Positions 47,262 to 57,984 of a stretch of 64,000 nt of DNA are shown in pieces. How positions within the stretch are numbered: position 1 is the first letter of the stretch; each line of letters opens with the position of its first letter. This DNA is from a bacterium (GTDB lineage Bacteria; Chloroflexota; Dormibacteria; Aeolococcales; Aeolococcaceae). Under the pieces are notes generated by a model. That model ran no database searches. It was not told the origin of the DNA and worked only from the letters and a program-made list of their open reading frames with translations. Position numbers and translations under genes: made by a program. The stretch lies in assembly GCA_021803465.1 (NCBI GenBank), contig JAJZLL010000049.1:33675-97674 (forward strand), given 5' to 3'.

Positions 47262-47483
47262 TCCTACCCTCCTTTTGGTGAAGCTGCTCAAACGTGTATC
47301 GCTGGATATCCATGCGCATGCCAAGTCGTTCGGCACGCACAGCAACGCACGTTGTGCGTCACAACTAGTGTACCCCGTTTCCGGAATTCTCGTCAGTGAA
47401 CGCAGGTGTGAAAGCTTCCCTTGGAGGTGCTGACTACAATGCTGGACACCACGTTCGTGCCAGCAAGAGGGTACCATACGGTA

Positions 47484-48539
47484 ATGGCTGATCATGCTCC
47501 TGCGCACGGCAAAGGAACTTCCGACGCCACATCAGAGCGTGGGGACTCGACGCATGCTGCCCTCAGGGTGATCTGGGGAAGTGCGGCGATCCTTGCAGTC
47601 GCAGCCACACTTGAGATCGCGATCGGCATCGCAGCACACAGTGCCGGCGTTCTTGCTGATGGATTCCACAATGGTGGAGATGTGGCTAGCGCGTTCGCCA
47701 TTGCCATTGCGTTCAGGATGAGCAGCCGTGCACCAAGCAGGGAGTATCCGTATGGCTGGCACCGGTCTGAGGATGTGGCGACACTTGTCGTTCTTCTGCT
47801 CATTGTCGGAAGCGCAGTGGCGTCAGGATTGACCTCAATCGAAAAGCTGCTGCACCCCATGGCCATTCACGATGTTCTCCTTGCAACAGTCACTGCGCTC
47901 ATCGGGTTCGGAGCAAACGAGGTCGCTGGCCAGTACAAGATCCGTGCTGGCAGGCGGCTTGGAAGCATGGCGCTCTCAGCCGATGGAAAGCACTCCCGCC
48001 TTGATGGCCTCGCTTCGCTTGGTGCTGCTTTGGGGGTGCTCGGGACAGTCGTGCACCTTCCCCTTCTCGATCCCATTGCAGGACTTGTCATTACGGCACT
48101 CATCGTTCTTGTGGCATGGGAAACGCTCACGCAGATTGGAGGGAGGCTCTTTGACCAGGCGGACGCGGACATGCTCCATGCGATTCGGGATGTCGCAGGT
48201 GGAGTGCCTGAAGTGCATGACATCTCATCAGTGCGAGCGCGCTGGATTGGAAGGAGACTGTACGCGGAACTCAGCATTGAGGTAGATGGAAAGCTCACGG
48301 TGCAGGAGGCGCACGCCATTGGAGAGGATGTCCGGTACCATCTCCACCATGCCATTGAACCGCTTGCTGACATCGTGCTCCACTTTGATCCCGCGCATGA
48401 TCCCCATGCGCATGAAATTCCCCCGCATCACCGCGGTGGTGCGTATCCGCATGAGGATTCCCTGCACCATGTGGATGCTGCCCTCATGCATGGACATCAC
48501 CATGGCCATGGTGATGCCCACGCTCATTCCGATGAGTGA
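47484..48539 (+). CDS. Cation diffusion facilitator (CDF) transporter with His-rich C-terminus
   Basis: ADGFHNGGD, YPYGW.R.E, ADGKHSRLD and a HGHHHGHGDAHAH tail. Confidence 0.93.
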   Translation: MADHAPAHGKGTSDATSERGDSTHAALRVIWGSAAILAVAATLEIAIGIAAHSAGVLADGFHNGGDVASAFAIAIAFRMSSRAPSREYPYGWHRSEDVATLVVLLLIVGSAVASGLTSIEKLLHPMAIHDVLLATVTALIGFGANEVAGQYKIRAGRRLGSMALSADGKHSRLDGLASLGAALGVLGTVVHLPLLDPIAGLVITALIVLVAWETLTQIGGRLFDQADADMLHAIRDVAGGVPEVHDISSVRARWIGRRLYAELSIEVDGKLTVQEAHAIGEDVRYHLHHAIEPLADIVLHFDPAHDPHAHEIPPHHRGGAYPHEDSLHHVDAALMHGHHHGHGDAHAHSDE

Positions 48540-48557
48540 TGCGTGATGAAGTCCGTC

Positions 48558-49310
48558 CTACAGGGAATCGCGGATCCGCTCCACAAGGAAAATTGAGACA
48601 AATACGAGAATCACGGTTGCGGACACGGTCATTCCTGCAGCAGGACCGTAGGCACTGAAACCGCCCCCTCCCGCAATGGCGCCAACGCTTCCGATGAGGT
48701 TGGAGGGTATCCATCGTGCAGCAAGGGACGATGCGCCAAGGAAAGGAATGACAAGCAGGAAAGCGACAGTGAATCCCAGGGCGGGCAGGACTGCTCGCAC
48801 GAGCGTGCAAAGCGCAAGGGCAAGAGCAAGAGCAAAGGAGATGTACGTGCAGGAAAGGATTGACCCAACCAGTACCCTGCCAAGAGACACGTGTCCAAGA
48901 ACGAGTGAGGACTCTCCCCAGCAGAGGAGCAGACCCACCATGAAGGAAACGACGGTTGCAGCAAGAATGACAAGGTATTTCGGAATGATGAGTTTTCCCG
49001 CATTGGGCACTCTGGATCTGTAGAACAGCGAGAGCCCCCTGTGCGCATCGACAGTGAAGGGGGACACTGCAGCAATGATCGCAACGAACACACCAAGTGC
49101 AAGCGCATTGTCAACGTAGTAGGTGATGCCGTCATAGGGGTGTGGCGGGAATACCTGAATCCTAATGGAACCTGTTGTCGCAGGGACAAGCCGCGGGAGA
49201 AAGTAGGCCGTGACAGGCGCTAGCACTCCGAGGAGCACAAATATTCCAAGAATGGCGAGCCACCGCTTCGTGCGGATGAGACGGAGCCATTCCAGGGTCC
49301 ACCGTGTCAT
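48558..49310 (-). CDS. ABC-2 type permease
   Basis: About six hydrophobic segments; ATGA overlap with the ABC ATPase gene. Confidence 0.85.
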   Translation of the reverse strand: MTRWTLEWLRLIRTKRWLAILGIFVLLGVLAPVTAYFLPRLVPATTGSIRIQVFPPHPYDGITYYVDNALALGVFVAIIAAVSPFTVDAHRGLSLFYRSRVPNAGKLIIPKYLVILAATVVSFMVGLLLCWGESSLVLGHVSLGRVLVGSILSCTYISFALALALALCTLVRAVLPALGFTVAFLLVIPFLGASSLAARWIPSNLIGSVGAIAGGGGFSAYGPAAGMTVSATVILVFVSIFLVERIRDSL

Positions 49311-50278
49311 GCCTCCTCCTCCTCGTCATCATCCGGAGCAGGATGTGTGGGAAGCGTCCCCACAGGACGGCGGGAAGGCTTCTTCTTTTCTGTTGTGATG
49401 CTCGTGACAACCCGTTCAAGGATGTTCTCGAGATCACTTCCGACCGGTTCAAGGGCAACGAGGGCTGCATGGGCTCTGGAAAGCACGGGGGCCATCTGCT
49501 CTTCCGCATGGGCCAGGGAGCTTGCCTCGATCTCAATCTCGTTGTTGCCATGTTCAGTAACGTTGAGAACCCAGGGCTGGCTCCTGAGGACAATGGCAAC
49601 GGCTGCAGCTCCACCATGAAGGCGCACTCTCCAAACTGGCTTCACATGGTCCCTGAGCAGGGTGTCAAGCTTCCCCTGCCAGATGAGTGAACCCTGCTGG
49701 AGTACGCCAATGTTTGTGCAGATCTGCTGCACATCGGAGAGAACGTGGCTGGAAAGGATGACGCTCGCTTTCCGCTGGTAGGTTCCGATGAGGGAGAGGA
49801 TCTCTGCCCTGCCTTCCGGATCCAGGGCAGAGCAGGGCTCGTCGAGAACAATGACAGAGGGATCGTCAATGAGAGCCGTTGCCACAGCAAGCCGCTGGGT
49901 CATGCCCCTGGAGAACCCTTCGACCCGGCGGTCCATGGCAGAATCGAGTCCCACCTGGGCAAGCATTGTGGAGATGCGCGCCTCATCAGCGTCATGCTTC
50001 CTGAGACCGCATGCAAGGCGGAGCACCTCGCGGGGTGTAAGCCAGGGCTCAAACTCCGGAACATCCGGGCAGAAGCCGATCCTGCTCCCTGGCGCATCAC
50101 GGTCGAGAGTGCCCTCTGTCGCCTGCAGAAGTCCTGCGAGAATCGCAAGGAGCGTTGTCTTGCCTGCACCATTTGCCCCAACGAGACCGTAGATGGATCC
50201 CTTCGGGATTGCCACGCTGACATCGTTCAGGGCTGTGACGGAGCCGTAGCGTTTGATCAGGTGTGTTGTTCGGATCAT
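49307..50278 (-). CDS. ABC transporter ATP-binding protein (exporter type)
   Basis: GANGAGKT, FSRGMTQR, LDEP and SSH. Confidence 0.93.
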   Translation of the reverse strand: MIRTTHLIKRYGSVTALNDVSVAIPKGSIYGLVGANGAGKTTLLAILAGLLQATEGTLDRDAPGSRIGFCPDVPEFEPWLTPREVLRLACGLRKHDADEARISTMLAQVGLDSAMDRRVEGFSRGMTQRLAVATALIDDPSVIVLDEPCSALDPEGRAEILSLIGTYQRKASVILSSHVLSDVQQICTNIGVLQQGSLIWQGKLDTLLRDHVKPVWRVRLHGGAAAVAIVLRSQPWVLNVTEHGNNEIEIEASSLAHAEEQMAPVLSRAHAALVALEPVGSDLENILERVVTSITTEKKKPSRRPVGTLPTHPAPDDDEEEEA

Positions 50279-50415
50279 GAAAATATTGCAGCTGACGTGG
50301 GGACTACTCGTGAGTATACAGGCGATCTGGGAGAAATGGGATGCAACGATACGTGCGGAATGCGCGCACCTGCGCCGGGAAGCTCGTATACTACATCCGT
50401 GGCCGCCCCCAACCC

Positions 50416-51435
50416 ATGTCATGGAGCCCTGCTCGCGTGAGAGTGCTCGAAGTCACGAACCTCAAGACGTACATCCGTCAGAAGAAGCAGCTTGTGCATG
50501 CTGTGGACGGAGTATCGATCACAGTGGACCAGGGCGAGACGCTTGGCATTGTCGGTGAGTCTGGCAGTGGCAAGAGCATGCTGGGACTTTCCATCATGAG
50601 GCTGCTTCCTCCAGGAGGCTTCATCGAGAGTGGCTCAATCTCCCTGAACGGGGAAGACATCACCAAAGCGGATGAACGACGGATGCAGCGCATCCGGGGC
50701 CAGCATGTCGGCATGGTCTTCCAGGATCCAATGACATCCCTCAATCCCACCAAGCGAATAGGAACACAGATTGCTGAGGGCTATCGCCATCACAACAAGG
50801 TGTCCAAGGAGGAGGGACGAACACGGGCTCTGGAGGTAATGAGGCAGGTTGGCATCCCATCGCCGGAAGAGCGGCTCCGTTCGTATCCCCACCAGCTGTC
50901 CGGTGGTCTCCGCCAACGGGTCATGATTGCCATGGCGCTTGCCTGCCGGCCGGATCTGCTCATTGCCGATGAGCCGACAACTGCGCTCGATGTGACCATC
51001 CAGGCTCAGATTCTTGACCTTATTGACCAGCTGCGGAAGGATCTCTCGATGAGCGTCATTCTTGTCACGCACGACATGGGTGTCATAGCAGGACGTGCTG
51101 ACCGGGTAGTAGTCATGTACGCGGGCCAGATCGTCGAGACTGCGGAGACAAGGGAACTGTTCAGCAATACGAAGCACCAGTACACCAAAGCCCTTCTCGA
51201 GGCAATTCCGCGGCTCGATGACGATTCGAAACAGAGGCTTTACAGCATCCCTGGGCTGCCTCCGAGTCTTGTTGATCCACCAGCGGGCTGCAGGTTCGCT
51301 GCACGGTGCCGATTCGCAACTGACCTCTGCAGAGCCACGGAACCGCCACTGACTGACCTTGGAAATGGACACCTGTTCATGTGCCATCATCCAGCAGGAG
51401 TTGCTGAAGCCGTTTCCCCAGGAGCAGAGGCATGA
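50416..51435 (+). CDS. oppD: Oligopeptide/dipeptide ABC ATPase OppD/DppD
   Basis: [26 protein letters not shown] and GCRFAARC; start may be GTG at 50437. Confidence 0.92.
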   Translation: MSWSPARVRVLEVTNLKTYIRQKKQLVHAVDGVSITVDQGETLGIVGESGSGKSMLGLSIMRLLPPGGFIESGSISLNGEDITKADERRMQRIRGQHVGMVFQDPMTSLNPTKRIGTQIAEGYRHHNKVSKEEGRTRALEVMRQVGIPSPEERLRSYPHQLSGGLRQRVMIAMALACRPDLLIADEPTTALDVTIQAQILDLIDQLRKDLSMSVILVTHDMGVIAGRADRVVVMYAGQIVETAETRELFSNTKHQYTKALLEAIPRLDDDSKQRLYSIPGLPPSLVDPPAGCRFAARCRFATDLCRATEPPLTDLGNGHLFMCHHPAGVAEAVSPGAEA

Positions 51436-52511
51436 TGGCGCAGAACACTCCCCAGAAGGATGTGCCCATTCTTTCTGTTGAGCACGCAGTGAAGGAGTTC
51501 CCTGTGGGAACGCCACTTCCGGGTGCGAAGAAGCGGATAGTCCATGCCGTGTCCGATGTGAGCTTCGCACTGAAGCGGCAGGAGACGTTTGGTCTTGTGG
51601 GCGAGTCAGGGTGTGGAAAGACCACGCTTGGCAGACTCATTGTCGGACTCGATCCTCTTACTGCTGGAAAGATTGTCATCGAGGGTGTTGAGTTTTCCCG
51701 TCTTCACAGAAGGAGACTCAAAGCCATGCGGCGTGAGGTCCAGATGATGTTCCAGGACCCGTACGCATCGCTTGATCCAAGGATGCGGGTGAGAAACATT
51801 GTGCGTGAGCCACTTGCCATCCACCGTATGGGGACAAGATTGCAGCAGCTTGACCAGGTTGCGGAACTGCTCAATGATGTGGGTCTCTCAGAAGATGTCA
51901 TGGACCGTCTACCGCATGAGTTTTCCGGAGGACAGCGGCAACGGATCGGGCTTGCCCGTGCCCTCGCTCTTCGGCCGAAGCTCATCGTTGCCGATGAGCC
52001 AGTCTCTGCACTCGATGTGTCCATCAGATCCCATGTGCTCAACCTCATGAACGATCTCCAGCTGAAGTACGGCCTCACGTACATTGTCATCTCGCATGAT
52101 CTCTCTGTCGTTCGGTACATTTCCCACAGGATTGGTGTCATGTACCTTGGAAAGCTTGTGGAGGTTGCTCCCAGCAGCGAAATCTATACTGCGCCTGCCC
52201 ATCCGTATACAAAGGGACTCCTGGGGGCCATTCCCATTCCCGATCCTGAAGCAGAGCGGAGCAAGGAGAAGATTCCCATCAGCGGCGAAATTCCGTCCGC
52301 CATAACCCCTCCATCTGGCTGCAGGTTCCGCACACGCTGCAAATTTGCCCAGGATATCTGCAGCACCACGGAGCCAGAGCTCAAGGAGCGTTCAGCTGAC
52401 CACCTTGTTGCATGCCATTTCCCCCTTGCAGCGCCGGATGCCAGCTCAGCAGCAGGGAGTACTGGCACCAGCTCCAGTTCTGGCGATGCCACTGCCTTGG
52501 ACAGGGGATGA
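51432..52511 (+). CDS. oppF: Oligopeptide/dipeptide ABC ATPase OppF/DppF
   Basis: GESGCGKT, FQDPYASLDPR, FSGGQRQR and GCRFRTRC. Confidence 0.92.
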   Translation: MMAQNTPQKDVPILSVEHAVKEFPVGTPLPGAKKRIVHAVSDVSFALKRQETFGLVGESGCGKTTLGRLIVGLDPLTAGKIVIEGVEFSRLHRRRLKAMRREVQMMFQDPYASLDPRMRVRNIVREPLAIHRMGTRLQQLDQVAELLNDVGLSEDVMDRLPHEFSGGQRQRIGLARALALRPKLIVADEPVSALDVSIRSHVLNLMNDLQLKYGLTYIVISHDLSVVRYISHRIGVMYLGKLVEVAPSSEIYTAPAHPYTKGLLGAIPIPDPEAERSKEKIPISGEIPSAITPPSGCRFRTRCKFAQDICSTTEPELKERSADHLVACHFPLAAPDASSAAGSTGTSSSSGDATALDRG

Positions 52512-52572
52512 CAGCTGCGAGAAGAGCGCCCAGGCTGGGATTGGCCCATTGCTTGCGATGGGACCGGATCGG

Positions 52573-53475
52573 CTATTTGATTCGCTGCTCAAGAGCGCTC
52601 CGTAGGGCATCTCCGACAAAGTTGAAGGCGACAACAGTCAGCACAATGGCTGCACCAGGGAAGTAGATGAGCCACCAGTAGCCTGCAAGAATGAAGTTCG
52701 TACCAGATGCGAGCATGTCGCCCCAGTTGGTTGCTGGCGGTGGTACCCCAAGTCCCAGATAGCCAAGGGCTGCGACAAGAAGAATCGCATCCGCAATCTG
52801 GAAAGAGGCATTCACCATGATCGTTCCGATGGTGTTTGGAATGATATGGAGAAATATGGCACGAAATGAACTTCCTCCCATCATACGGACAGCCTGGACA
52901 TATTCCCTGCTCTTCAGGCTCAGGGCTTCGCCACGGATGAGTCGGGATGGTATGAGCCATGCCACGAGTGCGACGATGAAGATCAGGTCCTGTGAGGTTA
53001 TCGTCACGACTGCTGCAAGGAAGAGGGTCAGAAACAGTGAGGGAATTGCAAGCATGGTGTCGACAACCCTCATCATGACGGAGTCTACAATTCCCCCGTA
53101 ATAGCCAGCGAACGCTCCCCAGATGGCTCCAAACATTGTTGCGAGGAAGGCGGCAAGAAACCCAATGATGAGGGCAGTCTGCCCACCAACCATGAGCCGC
53201 CCAAGGAGGTCATAGCCATCCTGGTCTGTGCCAAGAATGTGACCTGGCGAGCCAGGGGGAAGGTGCAAGTTGGTGATGTTGGCGTTGATCTGGTTGGTGT
53301 GGTACACAAGTGGACCCACAAAGCAGAACAGCACCATGAACATGAGAAATACCATTCCCACGATGCCCAGACGGTCAGCCAGGAACGCCTCGGCCACAAG
53401 CCGGAAGCTCCCTTTCGATTTCGTGTGGATAGCAGCAGTCTCAAGCTGAGTCTGGGGCAGGGGCGTGGAGCTCAT
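52573..53475 (-). CDS. oppC: Oligopeptide ABC permease OppC/DppC
   Basis: HILGTD..G.D, EYVQA..MMG and HIIPN. Confidence 0.92.
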   Translation of the reverse strand: MSSTPLPQTQLETAAIHTKSKGSFRLVAEAFLADRLGIVGMVFLMFMVLFCFVGPLVYHTNQINANITNLHLPPGSPGHILGTDQDGYDLLGRLMVGGQTALIIGFLAAFLATMFGAIWGAFAGYYGGIVDSVMMRVVDTMLAIPSLFLTLFLAAVVTITSQDLIFIVALVAWLIPSRLIRGEALSLKSREYVQAVRMMGGSSFRAIFLHIIPNTIGTIMVNASFQIADAILLVAALGYLGLGVPPPATNWGDMLASGTNFILAGYWWLIYFPGAAIVLTVVAFNFVGDALRSALEQRIK

Positions 53476-53486
53476 GTGGCTGTTCC

Positions 53487-54440
53487 TCAGCTGTACCGAA
53501 TGCGTGGATCGACAATTGCATACATGATGTCAGCAAGAAGGCTGCCTGCAAGGGTGGCTACAGAGACGATGAGTGTAGTGGCAAGGAGGGTCGGGTAGTC
53601 GGAGGACTGGGCAGCCTGCCAGAAAAGAAGTCCCATGCCCGGGTAGTTGAAGATGGATTCGGTAAGTAGCGCACCTGCAAACAGGGCTGGGAGACTCACA
53701 CCGAGAAGGGTCAGAAGGGGTATGAGTGAGTTCCGGAGCACATGGCGACCCAGCGTCTGCATCGATGTGAGACCCTTCGATCGGGCAGTGCGGACATGGT
53801 CCTGGACGAGGCTGTCCATCACGGCGGACCGCTGGTATCTGCTGAACTGGGCAATGGTGATGAGGGCGAGAGTGATGACAGGAAGGGCAAGTCCTGCGAC
53901 AAGCTGGGAGTCGAACGATGCCTGACCGAGGTTTCCCTGCGGTGCTGTTGGGGGCAGCCATTGCAGCTGAACACTGAAGATGAGGATGAGGACAAGCCCC
54001 AGCCAGTATGGGGGCATGCTGTAGAAGAGGAAGGAAAACGCAGTGAGGGTATAGTCATCGAACTTGTTGTGGCGTACACCCTGGAGTATGCCAAGGGGGA
54101 TTGCGACAATGAGGGCCACAAGGTACGAAGCGCCCATGAGGACAAGCGTCTTGGGCAAATCTGTTCCTATGAGCTGAGCGACTGGAGCATTGAACCTATA
54201 CGAGTAGCCGAGGTTTCCATGAAGAATGTTGTTGAGCCAGGTGAAGTACTGTACTGGAAGCGGTTTATCAAGTCCAAGCTCGCGATTGAACGCAATGATG
54301 TCCGCCTGGGTTGCCTTTGGGCCAAGAAGTGCGCGCGCCTCACCACCAGGAATGAGATGCAGGAGTACGAAAACGACGATCGTGACACCGAACAGGACGA
54401 TGACCGACTGAATCAGCCTGCGTACGATATAGCCAACCAC
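53487..54440 (-). CDS. oppB: Oligopeptide ABC permease OppB/DppB
   Basis: GLDKPLPVQY, RTARSKGL, HVLRNS and ESIFNYPGMG. Confidence 0.93.
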   Translation of the reverse strand: MVGYIVRRLIQSVIVLFGVTIVVFVLLHLIPGGEARALLGPKATQADIIAFNRELGLDKPLPVQYFTWLNNILHGNLGYSYRFNAPVAQLIGTDLPKTLVLMGASYLVALIVAIPLGILQGVRHNKFDDYTLTAFSFLFYSMPPYWLGLVLILIFSVQLQWLPPTAPQGNLGQASFDSQLVAGLALPVITLALITIAQFSRYQRSAVMDSLVQDHVRTARSKGLTSMQTLGRHVLRNSLIPLLTLLGVSLPALFAGALLTESIFNYPGMGLLFWQAAQSSDYPTLLATTLIVSVATLAGSLLADIMYAIVDPRIRYS

Positions 54441-54500
54441 ATGCTGCAGTATACGTGATGGAATGCGTATCGGCGTAGAAACTGCAGCAACTGTGACACA

Positions 54501-54531
54501 AGAAAAGGGCCCCGATTGCTCGGGGCCCTTT
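54501..54531 (-). terminator. Intrinsic terminator after oppA
   Basis: Inverted repeat AAAGGGCCCCGA / TCGGGGCCCTTT; on the minus strand the loop is GCAA and the hairpin runs into UUUUCUU. Confidence 0.85.
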
Positions 54532-54559
54532 GGCAGCGTTACTCAGGGGAGCAACTGGT

Positions 54560-56383
54560 CTAGCTGAAGTACCAGTTCTCTGGGTTGAGGTTGAGCAGGG
54601 GGTCCTGCGGTGTTGCACCTTTGAGGTTGGTGCTGATTTCGGAAAGCTGCGCGTACGCGACAGGAAGCCAGATGACAGGAAGGTTCTTGGCCATGAAATC
54701 CTCATAGTTCTTGAGGTCCTGAAGTGTACCGCCTGCAAGCTCCGTCTTCTGGATCAGTGCATCCGCAGTTGGATTGCTGTACGCACCGGAGTTGGATCCT
54801 GCGCCTGTTGCCCAAAGCTCGTCGCCAGTCGGGTAGTAGTCTGGCGCGTAGATCCAGCCACCACCCCAGAATGCCATGTCCCAGTTGCAGGGTGTTCCAG
54901 CAGTACAGGGCACTGCGTCCTGGAGCACCTGGTTGAATGGCTTCGCGGAGATGTTGAGCTGGATGCCGGCCTTGCTCCATGCTGAAGAAAGCTGCTTCAC
55001 CTCTGAGGTCACGACCTGTGTGCCGGACACATACTCAAAGTTGAAGGAAAGCTTCGCTCCTGCAGGAACGCCAGCACCGCACTGGTTTGAACCAGTTCCA
55101 GGGTTTGAGCAGACATCCGCACCATTGACAGTGATCGTCCAGCCGTGGCTCTTGAGAAGGTCGACAGCCTTTGTTGGATCATAGGGATACGGGTTGTTCA
55201 GCTCTGTCTTGTCGACGAACTGGGAGGCTGGCTTCAGAGGAATTGGACCATAGGTCGGATAGGCATAGCCGTTGAAGATTCCCTTGATGTACCCAGGCTG
55301 GTCCACAAGCATCTGCATTGCCTGTCGGATATAGAGCTGGTTGAACATCGGGGCGCTCTTCGGATTGCTGAAGTTGAGGGGGAAGTACGTGATCTGCCAT
55401 CCTGCCCATGGGGCGAAGGTATAGCCAGACACATTCTTCACATTCGTGTCCTGTGCGGGAACGAACCCATAGTCGATTTTGGTTCCGCCACCAGGGTTCC
55501 GGAGCTGGTTGAACTCGGCAGTGTCCGTGGTGAAGGGAAGCTCGATGAACTTCTTGATCTTCGGCTTCACGGGGCCTGAGTAGTTCGGGTTTGGCACCAT
55601 TGTCACCTGGCCGGATGTTGTGAAGCCAGTGAGCTTGAATGGTCCATCAACAACCTGCCAGAGAGGGTTGGTTGCGTAGGAAGCCGTATCCTGGGCCTGG
55701 CCCGCAAGGAACTTGTAGACCTGAAGGGCGCCTGCAGGAGTCGTGTCGTAGTTGCCCACGGCACCAGTGACGCTCGTCTTGTCCCAGGCATGCTGTGGGA
55801 GGGGGTTGAGCTGGCTCAGCTGGTTGTACGTGAAGTAGTTGTCGCTGTAGGCCTTCGTGAGGTGGAGCACGATCGTTGAGCTGTTCGGAGTATCGAAGCT
55901 TGCGATGTTGTCCGGGAACAGTGAGGGAACGTATCCTGCCCAGTTTGCGGTGTTGTCCGCAACTGCAGCCTTCACGAGATTTATCCAGAAGCCAACGTCA
56001 CGTGACGTGACTGGCTGCCCATCCGACCACATGTACTTCTTCATGGTGATCGTGACAGTCTTGCCGCCGTCCGAGTAAACGGGAGCGTTCGCGAGGCTCA
56101 GCTTCTCATTGAGAGCGACTGAACCGTTGCTTCCGAACCAGTACAGGGGACGGAACATGAGCACCTGGAACTGGTTGATGTTGGCAACGCTGAAGTTCTG
56201 CAGCGATGCCAACGGGAAGATGTAGTTTGGCGGTGCTGACGGGCCCTCTGCGAAAGTGGCTGTTGTCTGTGTAGACGATCCACCTCCTGAAGTGCCTGAG
56301 CCGCACGCCGCAAGAATGAGCGAGGCTGCAGTCATGCAGCCGACGGCTGCAAGACGCTTCGCTGTCAAGCGATGCGATTTCAT
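54560..56383 (-). CDS. oppA: Peptide ABC transporter substrate-binding lipoprotein
   Basis: Lipobox LAAC; WSDGQPVT..DV, VDGPF and IRQAM; family-5 SBP size; GGAGG RBS. Confidence 0.92.
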   Translation of the reverse strand: MKSHRLTAKRLAAVGCMTAASLILAACGSGTSGGGSSTQTTATFAEGPSAPPNYIFPLASLQNFSVANINQFQVLMFRPLYWFGSNGSVALNEKLSLANAPVYSDGGKTVTITMKKYMWSDGQPVTSRDVGFWINLVKAAVADNTANWAGYVPSLFPDNIASFDTPNSSTIVLHLTKAYSDNYFTYNQLSQLNPLPQHAWDKTSVTGAVGNYDTTPAGALQVYKFLAGQAQDTASYATNPLWQVVDGPFKLTGFTTSGQVTMVPNPNYSGPVKPKIKKFIELPFTTDTAEFNQLRNPGGGTKIDYGFVPAQDTNVKNVSGYTFAPWAGWQITYFPLNFSNPKSAPMFNQLYIRQAMQMLVDQPGYIKGIFNGYAYPTYGPIPLKPASQFVDKTELNNPYPYDPTKAVDLLKSHGWTITVNGADVCSNPGTGSNQCGAGVPAGAKLSFNFEYVSGTQVVTSEVKQLSSAWSKAGIQLNISAKPFNQVLQDAVPCTAGTPCNWDMAFWGGGWIYAPDYYPTGDELWATGAGSNSGAYSNPTADALIQKTELAGGTLQDLKNYEDFMAKNLPVIWLPVAYAQLSEISTNLKGATPQDPLLNLNPENWYFS

Positions 56384-56503
56384 GGGTATTTTCTCCTCCT
56401 GTTTGAGTACCCTGAGGGGGCTGATGGGTCACACTATAGCGTAAACACTTGCGCTCTGCGTGCAATGGATATCCGATGCTGCGTACGACACCCTCCAGAC
56501 ACG

Positions 56504-56533
56504 CGGAACGCCCTTCATGCAAAGGGCGTTCCG
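56504..56533 (-). terminator. 12-bp hairpin downstream of the HU gene
   Basis: CGGAACGCCCTT-catgca-AAGGGCGTTCCG; no clear U-tract. Confidence 0.55.
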
Positions 56534-56551
56534 GTGATGTGGTTCGTTCGC

Positions 56552-56875
56552 TTAGGCGCGACGTCCCTTCGAGGACTGCGAGCGCGGGGTGCGTACCGTG
56601 TCGACAAGCGTGGTGCTTGGCGCGAACCGTACGACCTTGCGTGCGGGAACCTTGATGGTCTCCCCTGTCCGAGGATTGCGGCCTGTGCGGGCTGGGCGCT
56701 CCGAGGTGCGGAATGCTCCGAACCTGTGGATGTGGACTTCCTCTCCACGGCTGAGCGCTTCGGAGATGGTGTCAAAGAAGCTGCGAACGAGGTCCTGGGC
56801 ATCGGTCTTGCTCAACCCCTGCCAGTCTTTCGCAAGCTTCTCTGCAAGCGTTGAACGAGTCACGACAGATCCCAT
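56552..56875 (-). CDS. hup: HU/IHF-family DNA-binding protein
   Basis: FGAF...RPARTGRNPRTGE.I.VPA; AGGAGG RBS. Confidence 0.93.
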   Translation of the reverse strand: MGSVVTRSTLAEKLAKDWQGLSKTDAQDLVRSFFDTISEALSRGEEVHIHRFGAFRTSERPARTGRNPRTGETIKVPARKVVRFAPSTTLVDTVRTPRSQSSKGRRA

Positions 56876-57012
56876 TTCAGAAAACCTCCTGTGTATATGG
56901 GAGTTGAAGGATTGTACGTGCCGAATTGTAAGCAAATTCAAGGGACTTTGCAAATAGGGAAAGGAAAACTGCAGCAGTTCCACTCGCTGCAGTGTGGTAG
57001 GGTTGAGCAGAG

Positions 57013-57984
57013 ATGGAGCAGACTGCGACGGATACTGGCACTTGGATCACGGGCTGGGATGAGGCACTCGCACGTGCGGAGGGCCATGTGCTGCAGGGCA
57101 CAGCATGGGGAGCCGTGCAGGAGGCCCTTGGGTACCCCGCAACATTCCTCTCAGGAACTGGATGGCATGGACTTGGAGTCATCCAGCGTCGTCCTCTATT
57201 CGGCTACGGCTACTTTCCCTACGGTCCTGTGATTGATGACGGTGCGGACATAGGAACGATGGCGAGGGAACTTCAGTCATGGGGAAGGGCGGAAGGACTT
57301 GCGTTCGTGCGCATTGAGCCATTTGGATGTCTTCCTGAACGGCTCAAGGGCTGCACCCTTCTCAGAAAAGGACGGGACATCCAGCCTCCGTATACGTGGA
57401 GACTGGATCTCCGGCCGAGCGAGGAGGTGCTCCGTGGAGCTCTTCGCACCCGACTCCGTGGCTACATCAACACTGCAGCAAAGCGTGGAATCACCATCCG
57501 TGCTACAACAGCGGATGAGGATCTCGAGACGTTTGTGTCCCTCCTTGAGAAGACTGCGGAAAACCGCTTTGCCACTCATGGCACGAAGTACTACCGGACA
57601 GTTCTCAGGGAGCTTGCACTCAGGGGGGCTGGACAGATGCGGTTCGCAGAACATGGGGGAGCACCCATTGCTGCGATCCTCTCTTTTGACTCTACAACTG
57701 TCAGGTACTATGCCCATGTGGCGGTTGATGATGCAGCGAACAGGACGCTCAAGGCATCTGGTCCACTCGCCTGGGAGGACATTCTCGATGCGAAACGCTC
57801 TGGAAAGCTGTGGTATGACTTCTGGGGAGTGCTTCCCGAGGAAGTGCCTGGCCACCCATGGAACGGTTTCACTGCATTCAAGAAGAGCTTTGGAGGAGAG
57901 CTTGTCGCGAGTGCGGGGAGCTGGGAGATTCCCGTTTCACCAGTCCGCCACAGGGTGGCACGTGGCATTGCGAAGGTGCGCTGA
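57013..57984 (+). CDS. FemABX/FemX-like aminoacyl-tRNA-dependent peptidyltransferase
   Basis: LQ...WG, PYGPV, FVRIEP, YDFWG and GFTAFKKSFGG. Confidence 0.85.
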   Translation: MEQTATDTGTWITGWDEALARAEGHVLQGTAWGAVQEALGYPATFLSGTGWHGLGVIQRRPLFGYGYFPYGPVIDDGADIGTMARELQSWGRAEGLAFVRIEPFGCLPERLKGCTLLRKGRDIQPPYTWRLDLRPSEEVLRGALRTRLRGYINTAAKRGITIRATTADEDLETFVSLLEKTAENRFATHGTKYYRTVLRELALRGAGQMRFAEHGGAPIAAILSFDSTTVRYYAHVAVDDAANRTLKASGPLAWEDILDAKRSGKLWYDFWGVLPEEVPGHPWNGFTAFKKSFGGELVASAGSWEIPVSPVRHRVARGIAKVR

